From a virus (lineage: Duplodnaviria; Caudoviricetes), in IMG/VR virus record IMGVR_UViG_3300025838_000032, positions 19,777-83,776 of that record: 64,000 nucleotides of DNA; one strand, written 5' to 3'. The position numbers and the translations under genes were made by a program. Below are positions 1 to 9,403 of this stretch, piece by piece; position 1 is the stretch's first letter; each line of letters starts with the position of its first letter. The notes under the pieces were generated by a model. The model was not told the origin of the DNA. It was given only the letters and a program-made list of their open reading frames with translations, and ran no database searches.

Positions 1-1
1 A

Positions 2-289
2 TATAAGGGCAAAAGGCCGGTCTGTAATTTTACTGAGCGTAGAGATGTGCTTCTGAGCTGTAAATATGTCGATGAAGTCGTGGCGAACATCGGTGGTGTT
101 AATTCTAAGATCTCCGTAGAGCTCTGTATGCCTGATTATATAGTTATTGGGTCAGACTGGGCCGAAAGGGACTACTACAAGCAAATGGGATTTGATCAGA
201 AGTGGCTTAATGAGCATAATATTGGGCTCGTCTATGTTCCATATACACCCGGCGTTTCTTCCACTGATATTAAGAAGAGAATGTCTTGA
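2..289 (+). CDS. Cytidylyltransferase (TagD/RfaE-II-like), 5'-truncated by window edge
   Basis: Frame open from base 2: YKGKRPVCNFTERRDVLLSCKYVDEVV...PDYIVIGSDW...YVPYTPGVSSTDIKKR, matching the C-terminal half of the CTP-transferase family (ER..L..CKYVDEV, GxDW, SST.IK). Confidence 0.75.
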   Translation, partial: YKGKRPVCNFTERRDVLLSCKYVDEVVANIGGVNSKISVELCMPDYIVIGSDWAERDYYKQMGFDQKWLNEHNIGLVYVPYTPGVSSTDIKKRMS

Positions 290-834
290 AAGAACTGATT
301 GTGGTTGCCACTTCTCCTGGCAGGGAAGAATGGGCTAAAGATTGTTCAGAATCTATAAAAAGACCGCATATGGTTCTAAGTATATACGGTTATGAACTTG
401 GTAAGATCAAGTGGCTTTATGAAAACACTAATTTAGATAGATTTGCCATTTTACAAGATAGTGTTGTTATAACAAACCCAGATATTTTTGATAAAATTTG
501 GGATACTCCAGGCAGTATCTGTCTCCATCACGAAGCACGCCATATGAGCTGCTATCTCGGTGTATACGAAAGAAAAGTCTTAGACAAGATTGATATACCA
601 GTTATAAATACAAAAGATGCATCAGTATTTAATGAGAGTGCCTGGATAACCAATTATCTACAGGCTGCTGATGAGACTGTTTGCTTTGACACTGACGGAT
701 CCTTTGGGGCCATAGAACCTCGTCATGGCAGAGACAATCTTATATACTCCAATAGTTTTTTAATAAAATATAGGGGGAATTGGGGGCAGTTACCATTCGA
801 CGGGAGTGACCCACAAGACGCAAAGGAAAAATAA
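286..834 (+). CDS. Hypothetical protein, possibly GT-A-like glycosyltransferase
   Basis: 182 aa, overlaps the previous stop. N-terminal beta strand (LIVVAT) and FAILQDSVV acidic motif at a DxD-like position; next to a cytidylyltransferase. Confidence 0.45.
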   Translation: MKELIVVATSPGREEWAKDCSESIKRPHMVLSIYGYELGKIKWLYENTNLDRFAILQDSVVITNPDIFDKIWDTPGSICLHHEARHMSCYLGVYERKVLDKIDIPVINTKDASVFNESAWITNYLQAADETVCFDTDGSFGAIEPRHGRDNLIYSNSFLIKYRGNWGQLPFDGSDPQDAKEK

Positions 835-986
835 TGGACAAAAAAGAGATAAAATTCAATATTCCAATGAGATTATTTGCTAGAATAGAGAGGGTAGCAG
901 ATTCTTTAGGATATAATGATGTGGATGAATTTATGAGCTATTACATGAGTCTTAATTTCCAAGTTTTTGATACTCCTGAAGAGTAG
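834..986 (+). CDS. Small ribbon-helix-helix-like protein (50 aa)
   Basis: Below the ORF track cutoff. ATG overlaps the upstream TAA; MDKKEIKFNIPMRLFARIERVADSLGYNDVDEFMSYYM has an alternating strand followed by two helices. Confidence 0.45.
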   Translation: MDKKEIKFNIPMRLFARIERVADSLGYNDVDEFMSYYMSLNFQVFDTPEE

Positions 987-995
987 TAGCATAGA

Positions 996-1066
996 TCTGG
1001 GGTAGTGTAAAGGTAGCACGCAACTCTTTGAAAGTTGTAGCCCTCGTTCGACCCGAGGCCCCAGAG
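996..1066 (+). tRNA. tRNA-Gln(TTG)
   Basis: Acceptor TCTGGGG/CCCCAGA, anticodon arm CAACT-CTTTGAA-AGTTG, T arm CCTCG-TTCGACC-CGAGG. Confidence 0.92.
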
Positions 1067-1068
1067 CA

Positions 1069-1103
1069 CTGAGAATTGGGGTTCGGTTCCCTATTCCTCA
1101 GCA
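1069..1103 (+). pseudogene. tRNA minihelix-like remnant (acceptor stem plus T arm only)
   Basis: TGAGAA...TGGGG-TTCGGTT-CCCTA-TTCCTCA-G-CA between two tRNAs; no D or anticodon arm. Confidence 0.4.
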
Positions 1104-1106
1104 AAT

Positions 1107-1190
1107 CGATGGGTGGCGGAGTGGCCAAAGGAATCTGGCTGTAAACTAGCTCCTTCGGGTACGGGAGTTCGAATCTCTCTCCATCGACCA
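1107..1190 (+). tRNA. tRNA-Tyr(GTA), CCA encoded
   Basis: Acceptor CGATGGG/TCCATCG, loop CTGTAAA, long variable arm CC-TTCG-GG, T arm GGGAG-TTCGAAT-CTCTC, 3' ACCA. D stem imperfect. Confidence 0.88.
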
Positions 1191-1191
1191 A

Positions 1192-1270
1192 CCGGGTAGG
1201 AGCGACGTTGGTAGTTGCTGGCATTCTTATAAAGTGTTGATCCCTGGTTCGATTCCAGGTGCCCGGACCA
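1192..1270 (+). tRNA. tRNA-Ile(TAT), CCA encoded
   Basis: Acceptor CCGGGTA/TGCCCGG, D arm AGCGAC/GTTGCT, anticodon arm GCATT-CTTATAA-AGTGT, T arm CCTGG-TTCGATT-CCAGG, discriminator A then CCA. Confidence 0.85.
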
Positions 1271-1356
1271 TTTAAAACCATATTCAGCGTGTATGAGTTA
1301 ATAGGGAATACCACCCTTTGTCCAGCGCCTTTTTAGGCAGAATAAGGAGCAACACG

Positions 1357-1746
1357 ATGACCTCGATGTTCGACTACGACGATTCAGTAAACTTGGCATG
1401 GGATGCCAAAATCGCGGGTAAGAGTCTTATCGCCGCAAAGCATGATCTATTAACCAAGACCGGTGAGTTCCTTTTTCTTGCGCATAGCCCTAGGGAGCTT
1501 GCTCTGCGTATGCAGATGGTCGAAGAGGATATCGAGAAGATTGCGTACCGCAAACTTGCCAACATCAGTGATTCTAAGGCCAAGTTGGTCCGTGCTGTCT
1601 ATGAAGAGTGGCAGATCCGCCACGCCCACTGCCCTTCGTGCTCTGGACAATCAGGCGATCTGGACGCCGGAAAGCGCGATTATAACAGCGACAGTTACGT
1701 CGATGCTCTCCACCACCCGGAGCACCCAGACACGGTTAATAAGTAA
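1357..1746 (+). CDS. Hypothetical protein
   Basis: AAGGAG RBS upstream of ATG at 1357 (MTSMFDYDD); helical N-terminus, CPSC near the C-terminus. Confidence 0.7.
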   Translation: MTSMFDYDDSVNLAWDAKIAGKSLIAAKHDLLTKTGEFLFLAHSPRELALRMQMVEEDIEKIAYRKLANISDSKAKLVRAVYEEWQIRHAHCPSCSGQSGDLDAGKRDYNSDSYVDALHHPEHPDTVNK

Positions 1747-1771
1747 TTAATCTAATTTAAGTTAGGTTAAT

Positions 1772-3214
1772 ATGAAATTTAATTCAAGCAGAGTAGAGAG
1801 ATCAACCAACCCCGAGACCGGGGAGTCTGCCTACATCCCATTTTGGATGGGGAAGCCTGATGTAAAGTCTAGGGATATTACTCCAAGCCAAGAGTATGAT
1901 AGAAATAGGGACATCCTATATCGTTTTAAGAAAAATACGATGGGTGAGCACAAAGACGCATGTTCTTTCTGCTTGGAAAAGGATTGTAAAGGGTATAACG
2001 GTCTAGGGTTCGGGATCCACTTCGTACCTGGGAAACTGCCAGAACGCCAGCAAAACCCTCCAGAAGAGAAGGTTCATGCGTCGCTGGAAGACGCTTATAA
2101 ATCTCTCCTGCAAGAGATGGAATCTGATCCTGATAGATTCCCAATAAAGTTTACAAAAAAGGCCGGTATTGTTACCGTAACTCTTCGGAACAAGTCTTTT
2201 AATTCTAAAAGATCTTTTGTTGTACGTTCTCACTATCTAGATGATGACTACGAGGAAGCCCAGGCTGCTGCTGCACAGCCGGATAACTATTCTTTAATAT
2301 CTGGCAAAGAAGAAGCAACGCACTTTGATAAATACTTTAGCAAGGACGATCCCGAAGACGTTGGATCTTTACCGGACTACAGCGATTTGGATGATGATAC
2401 TCCATACGAAAATGAGTTCAGTAGTTTTGATAGTGGCCCAGAAAGAATAGATAAAGAAGAAGATAACTTGGTTTGCCCCACTTGTACGGGGATGTCAAAA
2501 CACAACACGGATGGTAACCATATTTTTACCGGTGATCCACATTGTTCCGGTTGTTCTGATGACAATTGTTCTGGAAGCAAAACAACCGTCGGTGTGCACT
2601 GCCCCAGTTGCAAGAACGAAGAGAATTGTGATGGTAAAAAGCGTTATGAATGGGTAGGCGAAAACAAAGAAAAAGTTTGCCCTACCTGCAATAACTCCGG
2701 AGAAATCACTTTTGATCAAATGAGAGCTATTGAGCTCGCTAAACACGAGGGTAGAGACCCTTTAGAGTTATCTAATAGTTCTTCTTTCGTAGACAGAGAT
2801 AAAGATGCCGAGGGCGTTCACGAAGAGCAATACGACAAGAAGGATCTAGAGAACCCTATCGTCCAGAGCACCTTACCAGAATCCTCAAACAAAACACGTG
2901 CTTCGACAGAGGTCTTTAACCCACAGATTTCCAGTGCTATATTAAATAGAATACAGAAAAGAAAGCTTACAAAAGAGCCCGATGTCAATCTAGCTATAAC
3001 TGGTACGCCCACTTCTTCTGCTGAAGTAAAGCACGGGAAAAGCTGTAAGTGTAATGGCACCGGTAGATTGGGCGAAAAAGAGATTGGTGATCTGATCAAT
3101 ACCGATGATTATAAGAAAGGTATCGCTAATATTGTGACGACCTTTTCTGGTGAAGAGAAAAAGCGTAAGTTGGCTGAATTCGTAAAACAACAATATGCGT
3201 GTAAAGGTGAATGA
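1772..3214 (+). CDS. Large acidic Cys-rich (multi-CxxC) hypothetical protein
   Basis: 480 aa; CSFC, CPTC, CSGC, CPSC, CPTCNNSG, CKCNGTG. Confidence 0.75.
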   Translation: MKFNSSRVERSTNPETGESAYIPFWMGKPDVKSRDITPSQEYDRNRDILYRFKKNTMGEHKDACSFCLEKDCKGYNGLGFGIHFVPGKLPERQQNPPEEKVHASLEDAYKSLLQEMESDPDRFPIKFTKKAGIVTVTLRNKSFNSKRSFVVRSHYLDDDYEEAQAAAAQPDNYSLISGKEEATHFDKYFSKDDPEDVGSLPDYSDLDDDTPYENEFSSFDSGPERIDKEEDNLVCPTCTGMSKHNTDGNHIFTGDPHCSGCSDDNCSGSKTTVGVHCPSCKNEENCDGKKRYEWVGENKEKVCPTCNNSGEITFDQMRAIELAKHEGRDPLELSNSSSFVDRDKDAEGVHEEQYDKKDLENPIVQSTLPESSNKTRASTEVFNPQISSAILNRIQKRKLTKEPDVNLAITGTPTSSAEVKHGKSCKCNGTGRLGEKEIGDLINTDDYKKGIANIVTTFSGEEKKRKLAEFVKQQYACKGE

Positions 3215-3858
3215 TGGCACACGCTTACGGTAATAAAAAAGCAGAATGCGTTATCCACGTAGCAAAAAAGAACCTTTCTAGCAAGTTGTTTGATGAACAG
3301 TTTGGCCATTTAGGGCCATGCGATGACGTTGACCGTAGTTCTCCAGGGTTCCTTGAATCAGCGCTAGAGAACGCTGGCGAGGATGTTGTTGAACAACTCG
3401 CAAACAAAGCCGAGCGGCCAAAGGGCGAGATCCAGCTCACTCCTGGAGGCAATGCTCTTCACTACTATTGCAAAAATCATGCTCAAGAAGGTAGAAAAAG
3501 TATAGAGTTTACAGAAAGAGCTTTACAGAACATTAGACCGATCTTGAATGACCGAGAACCGATCAATATAAAAAGAAGATTTATTGATCGTAAAAACGTT
3601 AAAAAAGAGAAGGCTATTTCTTACTATAACCGTCTTTTGAGAGCTATGCATATCAACAAGACTATTACTAACAATGAACAAGATTCCCCAGAAGAAGCCA
3701 TTTATGGAATTTCTTCTGACGCACCAGAACACGATCTTGTTCCATCGCTATATAACAGCGGTAGCGACATCCCGAGACCGTCTGTACGCAAAGCTCCTCA
3801 AGCACAACCTAGTAATAATGAAGAAGAAATGCCTATCACAATGCCATGGGAAAATTAA
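3211..3858 (+). CDS. Hypothetical protein
   Basis: 215 aa, coupled to both neighbours by overlapping start/stop codons. Confidence 0.7.
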   Translation: MMAHAYGNKKAECVIHVAKKNLSSKLFDEQFGHLGPCDDVDRSSPGFLESALENAGEDVVEQLANKAERPKGEIQLTPGGNALHYYCKNHAQEGRKSIEFTERALQNIRPILNDREPINIKRRFIDRKNVKKEKAISYYNRLLRAMHINKTITNNEQDSPEEAIYGISSDAPEHDLVPSLYNSGSDIPRPSVRKAPQAQPSNNEEEMPITMPWEN

Positions 3859-6242
3859 TGTTTAAATTTACTTTTGATGGGAACAACATAAAGACAGCAG
3901 CGGCGAAGCCGGGTCGCCGTGCGCCCGTAAACATTCAGCATTACATCAATGCCAAAGAGAGTAAGAAAAGCCTAAGAGCAGCCGCCCAGAGTCAAAGAGA
4001 TGAAGAATCTCGCCTAGCTGAGATGGATGCTCCATTTGCTTTACATAACGGTGATTCTTGGGAAATAATCCACTCATCTTTGCCTAAATATAGCGGGAAA
4101 AGTAAAAGAGGCACCCCTTACGCTCGTCAACTAAAGTCTTTGCTGAGAAAAAACAATAGTGGCTACGAAAGAGTCCTTTTATCTCCTTCTGACTTTACTC
4201 CTCTACTCAATGATAAGAAACTTAAGCCTTATAATGGTAAGTTAGAGGGTTTTAGGCCGTCCGGATCCAGCGTTAGCAGACAAACCACTAAATTCCTGCG
4301 CACGATAGACAACGCTCGGGCAGCTGACAATCAGGGTGCACCAGTCTCAGATAATACGAATGGGACTTTAGACCCGGACGATCCAATAAATCTTATTAGA
4401 ACTCATCGGCGCGGTGCCTTACGACGAATGTTAAATTCATACGCTCCGTTCAAATCTGGTAAAAATCTTTGTGTTTGTGGAGAAACCCAAGAGAATCACG
4501 TAAGCCCGAGCTCTGCGAGAGAACACCACGAGAAAACTGGTGAGCACCTAGAGATACATGATTATTTGCCACAGACAATAGGCTTCGGTGACGCTGGTCA
4601 CGAAATCCGTGCGAAGCGTTCTCCGCATCTCTTTTCAATGAGACCGGACAGATCTGGTAACGTAAGGCTATTAAAAGCATTTGATAAAGAGGATGGTCCA
4701 AGAACTGAGCAGATGCCAGTCGTTCGTGTTGGTCTCGAGGCTGATGAATACACTCGTTATACGCGATCTGAATACGCCCAAGAAGGTAAAGGCCAACGCA
4801 TACAAAGAGCCATCAGTTCTGTAACGAACGCTTTAAAAAAGTGCCCAGCATGTAATGGAACAAAAAAGATAAATCCTGATCAAAATGAAAATGCTGTCGA
4901 TTGCGGAGATTGTTCTGTAGATAAAATTGTCTATAAAGAAAAAGTTGGCGAGGATGGTAAGCCGACTCTTGAGCCATATACGCGTGGTTTGGGCAACGGG
5001 AAACAAGAGTACATTAACCCAGATGATGCCCCAATTTGTAAAACATGCCGTGGAGAAAAGAAATTACAGGTTGCTGATCGTTCAAACAACACGACGATAG
5101 ATTGCCCGGACTGTGATGTAACCGGTAGAGACACCTCGGCAATTACTTGTAACAATTGTCACTCAGAAAATGGTGCCATAAGGTTAACAACAGATAATAC
5201 ATGCAAATCATGTTCAGGAAAAGGATTCTTTGAAACCACTGTTAAACCTTCATTCAAAAAGATAAAAACAAACACTGATAGTGCTGAGAGACGCTCGGGC
5301 AATGCTAGATACGCGCTTGAATACAAAAGCGATACTTCTGCTGCAACAGGTGTGGACGCATGGAAGGCTCACGGGGATAAAGAATGCACGCGCTGCCATG
5401 GTGACGACGAGTCCCAGATGCCATCAACAGGGCTTCCTTGCAACTGCAGAATCACTAGTCATGAAGATTCTGATTCTTTGCCAAGTGGATTACGGCTTAT
5501 ACACCCCAACCACATAATTATTCCAGAGAATCACTATCAAAGAGCTTTGGCTAGAGCTTATGGCGGCAATCTCTCTACTTCTCCACATGAGATTTCTCAC
5601 GAGCCGAACTACATAGACCCCGACACTAATCAAACCCCTAGCCAGACCTACGGGATTGGTACGTCTCAAGAGTACAAGAATGGGACTAAAAAAATCCCTG
5701 ATAGCGCCATTCTGGGTGTTTGGAGCCTTGGTAAGCAAATCCCACAGAAAGTTCTACAGAGACTCAATGATAAGAGCCGCAAGAATTGGAGCAGCAAGAA
5801 CGCAAAATTTACTGCGTCTAGCGCAGATTTGACGGACATTAAAACAGAACTAGAACAGATGCATACGTGGCCGGATCTTATCCCTTCAGAAAAAGCGACT
5901 GAAGGTAGCGTCATAGAGCGCCAACGTCAAAAAAGAATGCGCGTTAATCCGGAAGATTATCCATCGGACGTTAAACCACATGTTTCTAAGGTTGAAAGAA
6001 CCATGGCAGGATTACCAGATTATGAGCAGGGACGGTATAACGCCGACTTGGATGAAATCTATGAGAATGCTTCGTCAGGAGCTTTTGATCGTCTAGGATC
6101 CAATGTAGATAGATTATTGTCTAATGTAAAACGCTTTAGTGGGCCTGAGACACACGATAGACTATCAGAATCGATATCTGGTCTGAAAGAGCTCGCTGGA
6201 AGAAAAGAATCTCCAAAGACTGAGGAATCAGCGAATGTCTAA
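3858..6242 (+). CDS. Large protein with DnaJ-type CxxCxGxG zinc-finger-like repeats
   Basis: ATG overlaps upstream TAA; CPACNGTK, CGDC, CKTCRGEK, CPDCDVTG, CNNC, CKSCSGKG, CTRCHG. Confidence 0.75.
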   Translation: MFKFTFDGNNIKTAAAKPGRRAPVNIQHYINAKESKKSLRAAAQSQRDEESRLAEMDAPFALHNGDSWEIIHSSLPKYSGKSKRGTPYARQLKSLLRKNNSGYERVLLSPSDFTPLLNDKKLKPYNGKLEGFRPSGSSVSRQTTKFLRTIDNARAADNQGAPVSDNTNGTLDPDDPINLIRTHRRGALRRMLNSYAPFKSGKNLCVCGETQENHVSPSSAREHHEKTGEHLEIHDYLPQTIGFGDAGHEIRAKRSPHLFSMRPDRSGNVRLLKAFDKEDGPRTEQMPVVRVGLEADEYTRYTRSEYAQEGKGQRIQRAISSVTNALKKCPACNGTKKINPDQNENAVDCGDCSVDKIVYKEKVGEDGKPTLEPYTRGLGNGKQEYINPDDAPICKTCRGEKKLQVADRSNNTTIDCPDCDVTGRDTSAITCNNCHSENGAIRLTTDNTCKSCSGKGFFETTVKPSFKKIKTNTDSAERRSGNARYALEYKSDTSAATGVDAWKAHGDKECTRCHGDDESQMPSTGLPCNCRITSHEDSDSLPSGLRLIHPNHIIIPENHYQRALARAYGGNLSTSPHEISHEPNYIDPDTNQTPSQTYGIGTSQEYKNGTKKIPDSAILGVWSLGKQIPQKVLQRLNDKSRKNWSSKNAKFTASSADLTDIKTELEQMHTWPDLIPSEKATEGSVIERQRQKRMRVNPEDYPSDVKPHVSKVERTMAGLPDYEQGRYNADLDEIYENASSGAFDRLGSNVDRLLSNVKRFSGPETHDRLSESISGLKELAGRKESPKTEESANV

Positions 6243-8358
6243 TAAGTTTAACTCAAAATATGCTGCCGACGTAACGGAGACTTCGTTCTCTCCGAGCGAC
6301 CCAGAGCTAGAGCAAGCTGGCATTTCTGCTACGCCAACTAATACTTATAATAGTAGAGAGCTTGAGGAACCAGAGGGCCGTCCAAAGTTCACTCAACTTG
6401 AAACAACAACGAGAGAAGAAGTCAGCAGACCTCCGCTTGTCTATTATGGTCCAGATAAGAACATGGACCCAGAGGATCGTATAGAGAGAATCAAAACGGA
6501 TCCGGAGGCTTTTGCTGAAAAGGAGAAGGCGTTCCATCAGCGTTCTCAGAGGACTCCAGAGCAACGTTCTAGAATGTCTCGATTTCGTCAGAATATTAGC
6601 GATAGGCACACGATCAAAGCAGTTTTCGCGGCTATCGACAGATCAGCACGAGAGTTATATCCATGCCCAGAATGTGGCGGAGCCTTCAACGGAGGCAAAC
6701 CAGTTTTGCCTACGGAAAGAAGACACGAGAGAGAATTTTGTCAAACGTGCGCCAACACCGGGCATACGATAATATCTCCAGAGACAGGTTTCTTTGATCT
6801 AGAAAGAAAAGCTGCTATACACAATGCACACGTAAGTTTTCATAATAAATGGTGCAATCAAACAAAGTGCCACAAAAATTGTGGATTAAACAAAACTGGG
6901 TTAGTTGATCAATTACGTAGACAGCACATAGACTCTGAGGACAGCCGTTTCAATGAAGAAGCCGCTGTCTTGAAGAGAGAAAAGGGTAGAGATCTTAAGC
7001 CAGAAGAGGTTGCTCAAATCGCGCCGAGAGAACCATTGCAGCGTAAGCATACTCACGCCGAACCGGGCGCAGCTGAAAACGTGATCGAAACTGTTGGGCC
7101 AGTGGCTCTTATTGATCATTTTAAGCCAATGACCTCTGCTCATCTATTGGGCGGTCGTGAGCACAGTGATATTACTATGGACGACCACGTTCTAATCACA
7201 AATTATGATACTACTAACCCAAATGCTTCTATAACATCCAATGAGAAAGAAAAGATGTTTGAGACGTATCGACCGTCCCAGTGGGGAGCTACTGATACGA
7301 GCAAAGAACAGGAAGAAAACGGTAAATCTCATAAAAATAGATTCTTTAAGATACCATTTACACGTAGACCAATAAGAGATGAATCAGTACGCGTCAAAGG
7401 GTTTACGGATCCTCAAACAACCGGTATTGTTACCGGTCTGTCGGCAGATGGAAGATCCGCAAAAGTTGTAGAGTTTGGTACCCCATCTGATGTAAGAATC
7501 GAAGAACGCAACACCAGAATGAATGGTCGTCCTGATAAAGTAATCAGGAATAATACCATGGAAGCCATTAATGATACAAACGAGCCAGCGAAAAAACCAG
7601 AAGATACCGAAAAAAATGCAAAGAGAAGCAAATTCAAACAACAGGTAGCTTATTTGTATAGCAAGATCGCTCCGTTAAGAACAGAAAGATCACCCGTAGA
7701 AAAGCGCGAAGCAGCCGTCTCTTACCACCCGGTAGAGAATCTCGCAAGAATGTCAGACATTACTTACCCGTTAGTAGCTACGGTTGGGCATACCCATGAA
7801 AAAGTTGCCCGAAAAGACTTAAAAATCTCTACCAATAATCAGTTCTATTCTAAAAGCAAGATTGTAACTGCAAAGGTAATTCGTAGAAAAGGTTTGGGTC
7901 ACAGCCCAGAAGAGATCCGAGATACGATAAGTAATACTATTAATAATGAGGCCAGAAGAGAACTAAAAAGATGGGGTACACGAACTAATAAAGTTTTGGG
8001 CATAAGTAGAAACGATCCAGAAAGTCTTCTCCCACACGAAACGGGAGCAGAGATCTCTGAACAAAGTGGAGCTCCAAAGAGACGTAAGTTCTCCCCTCCT
8101 AAAAAGTCTGTATCACCAGGTGATTTGTTCAGCATTGGTGAATCCGGAGCCTCTATCCCCATGGCTGAATTGCCGCCCGAGATAAACCCAGTTAATTCTG
8201 AAGAGGGTATAAACGAAGCGATAGATGTTGTAAGAAAAGGCTTGGGCGGTAGAGAGCTAACACCTGAAGAGCACGCTACTGCTAGAAATAATATAAAACA
8301 GCGCGGTCACATAAACGGTGCTTTAGACGATGATTACGAGGAAGACGATGACGAATAA
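6235..8358 (+). CDS. Large charged hypothetical protein with CxxC motifs
   Basis: 707 aa; CPECGG, CQTCANTG, a His/Cys cluster and an acidic tail. Confidence 0.75.
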   Translation: MSNKFNSKYAADVTETSFSPSDPELEQAGISATPTNTYNSRELEEPEGRPKFTQLETTTREEVSRPPLVYYGPDKNMDPEDRIERIKTDPEAFAEKEKAFHQRSQRTPEQRSRMSRFRQNISDRHTIKAVFAAIDRSARELYPCPECGGAFNGGKPVLPTERRHEREFCQTCANTGHTIISPETGFFDLERKAAIHNAHVSFHNKWCNQTKCHKNCGLNKTGLVDQLRRQHIDSEDSRFNEEAAVLKREKGRDLKPEEVAQIAPREPLQRKHTHAEPGAAENVIETVGPVALIDHFKPMTSAHLLGGREHSDITMDDHVLITNYDTTNPNASITSNEKEKMFETYRPSQWGATDTSKEQEENGKSHKNRFFKIPFTRRPIRDESVRVKGFTDPQTTGIVTGLSADGRSAKVVEFGTPSDVRIEERNTRMNGRPDKVIRNNTMEAINDTNEPAKKPEDTEKNAKRSKFKQQVAYLYSKIAPLRTERSPVEKREAAVSYHPVENLARMSDITYPLVATVGHTHEKVARKDLKISTNNQFYSKSKIVTAKVIRRKGLGHSPEEIRDTISNTINNEARRELKRWGTRTNKVLGISRNDPESLLPHETGAEISEQSGAPKRRKFSPPKKSVSPGDLFSIGESGASIPMAELPPEINPVNSEEGINEAIDVVRKGLGGRELTPEEHATARNNIKQRGHINGALDDDYEEDDDE

Positions 8359-8767
8359 GAAAAGCTATGTAGAGCCGAAAGACGCTCCTCCTGGGGTACC
8401 ATGCCGTTTCTGTGATATGCCAGCGGGCACAGATGGCCTAGGGCCTGTCTATCAGGATGGAGTTGCAATAGACAAGAAAAGACCATTGTTCTCACACGCT
8501 TATTGCCTGATGAATTCTGGTGGTGTAAAACAGGATGATCAGGATTTTTCCCTACAGAACTTACTCCCAAACACATTAAAAAATGCCTCCGGCCCTGGAT
8601 CAGACATCTGGGACTTTTCCTTTAAAAATAGGTTTATCGCTCACCCAGAACCTAATAATTTAACAAAGACCAAAAGACCGCCGGAAGTAGAACCAATTGT
8701 TCGCATGAATAAGTCCGAAGAATACGAGGGCGACGACACCGGCGCACCGAATCCACCCAGTAAATAA
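8348..8767 (+). CDS. Hypothetical protein (CxxC...HxxC zinc-binding)
   Basis: ATG 8348 overlaps the upstream gene end; CRFC and HAYC. Confidence 0.65.
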   Translation: MTNKKSYVEPKDAPPGVPCRFCDMPAGTDGLGPVYQDGVAIDKKRPLFSHAYCLMNSGGVKQDDQDFSLQNLLPNTLKNASGPGSDIWDFSFKNRFIAHPEPNNLTKTKRPPEVEPIVRMNKSEEYEGDDTGAPNPPSK

Positions 8768-8771
8768 ATAA

Positions 8772-8801
8772 TGTAATTACCTAAAATATATACCCTAGTG
8801 T
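8772..8801 (+). promoter_or_regulatory. Candidate phage late promoter (TGTAA-N18-TAGTGT)
   Basis: AT-rich intergenic gap upstream of a strongly codon-biased gene; similar elements at 29635 and 34817. Confidence 0.3.
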
Positions 8802-8827
8802 ATGTATCCATATGTACAGGAGAAATA

Positions 8828-9400
8828 ATGGAACCCCGTTTGAACATAAAAGTAGCCGAGATTTTTGACAACGCCAACCCCGTAGATGCCGACTTCCAGG
8901 CCCCGGATGCCAATGGGCAGTTCCCTCAGTGGCTTGGTGACTTCATCGACCAGAACAGCAATCACGCCCAAAAGAACTGGGATGCTTATGCTGAGCAGCG
9001 CCAGGGTCTTGGTGACCAGATCCAACGTTACGTTGATGAATCTCACATGCACGCCACCGATGAGAACCCCGCTCAGGATCCTACTCTCATGGCGATGAAC
9101 CCCTCTCTGGTCAATAGCCCTGACCTTAGTGACGTGCCAGCGCCCAAGGCGGCGAGCAAGTTCGCGTCTCAGGCTAATGGCTTCAGAAATAGTCAGGCGC
9201 ACCCTGACTTTACTCTTGGGCTTGTTGCCAAGGCTAATACCGGGACCATTGTTAACTCTCGAGTTGTTGCCGAGACCCCGACCACGAAGATCGCCGGTAC
9301 GGTAATTGCCGTTGGTGATGCTGAGTTCGCCGTTGTCTGGGATGACAGAACTGCCTCCGTTGAGCGTAAGCGCGACTACGAATTGGTGATTGCCCAATAG
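8828..9400 (+). CDS. Putative head-associated protein
   Basis: AGGAG RBS; codon bias like the capsid gene; C-terminal small beta domain (GTVIAVGDAEFAVVWDD). Confidence 0.7.
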   Translation: MEPRLNIKVAEIFDNANPVDADFQAPDANGQFPQWLGDFIDQNSNHAQKNWDAYAEQRQGLGDQIQRYVDESHMHATDENPAQDPTLMAMNPSLVNSPDLSDVPAPKAASKFASQANGFRNSQAHPDFTLGLVAKANTGTIVNSRVVAETPTTKIAGTVIAVGDAEFAVVWDDRTASVERKRDYELVIAQ

Positions 9401-9403
9401 ATC

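Noticed and set aside
952-1314. 120-aa minus-strand ORF
   Set aside because: Antisense to three well-formed tRNAs; no protein motif.
3858-6242. Calling this protein DnaJ
   Set aside because: Has CxxCxGxG-like repeats but no J-domain HPD motif or G/F region.
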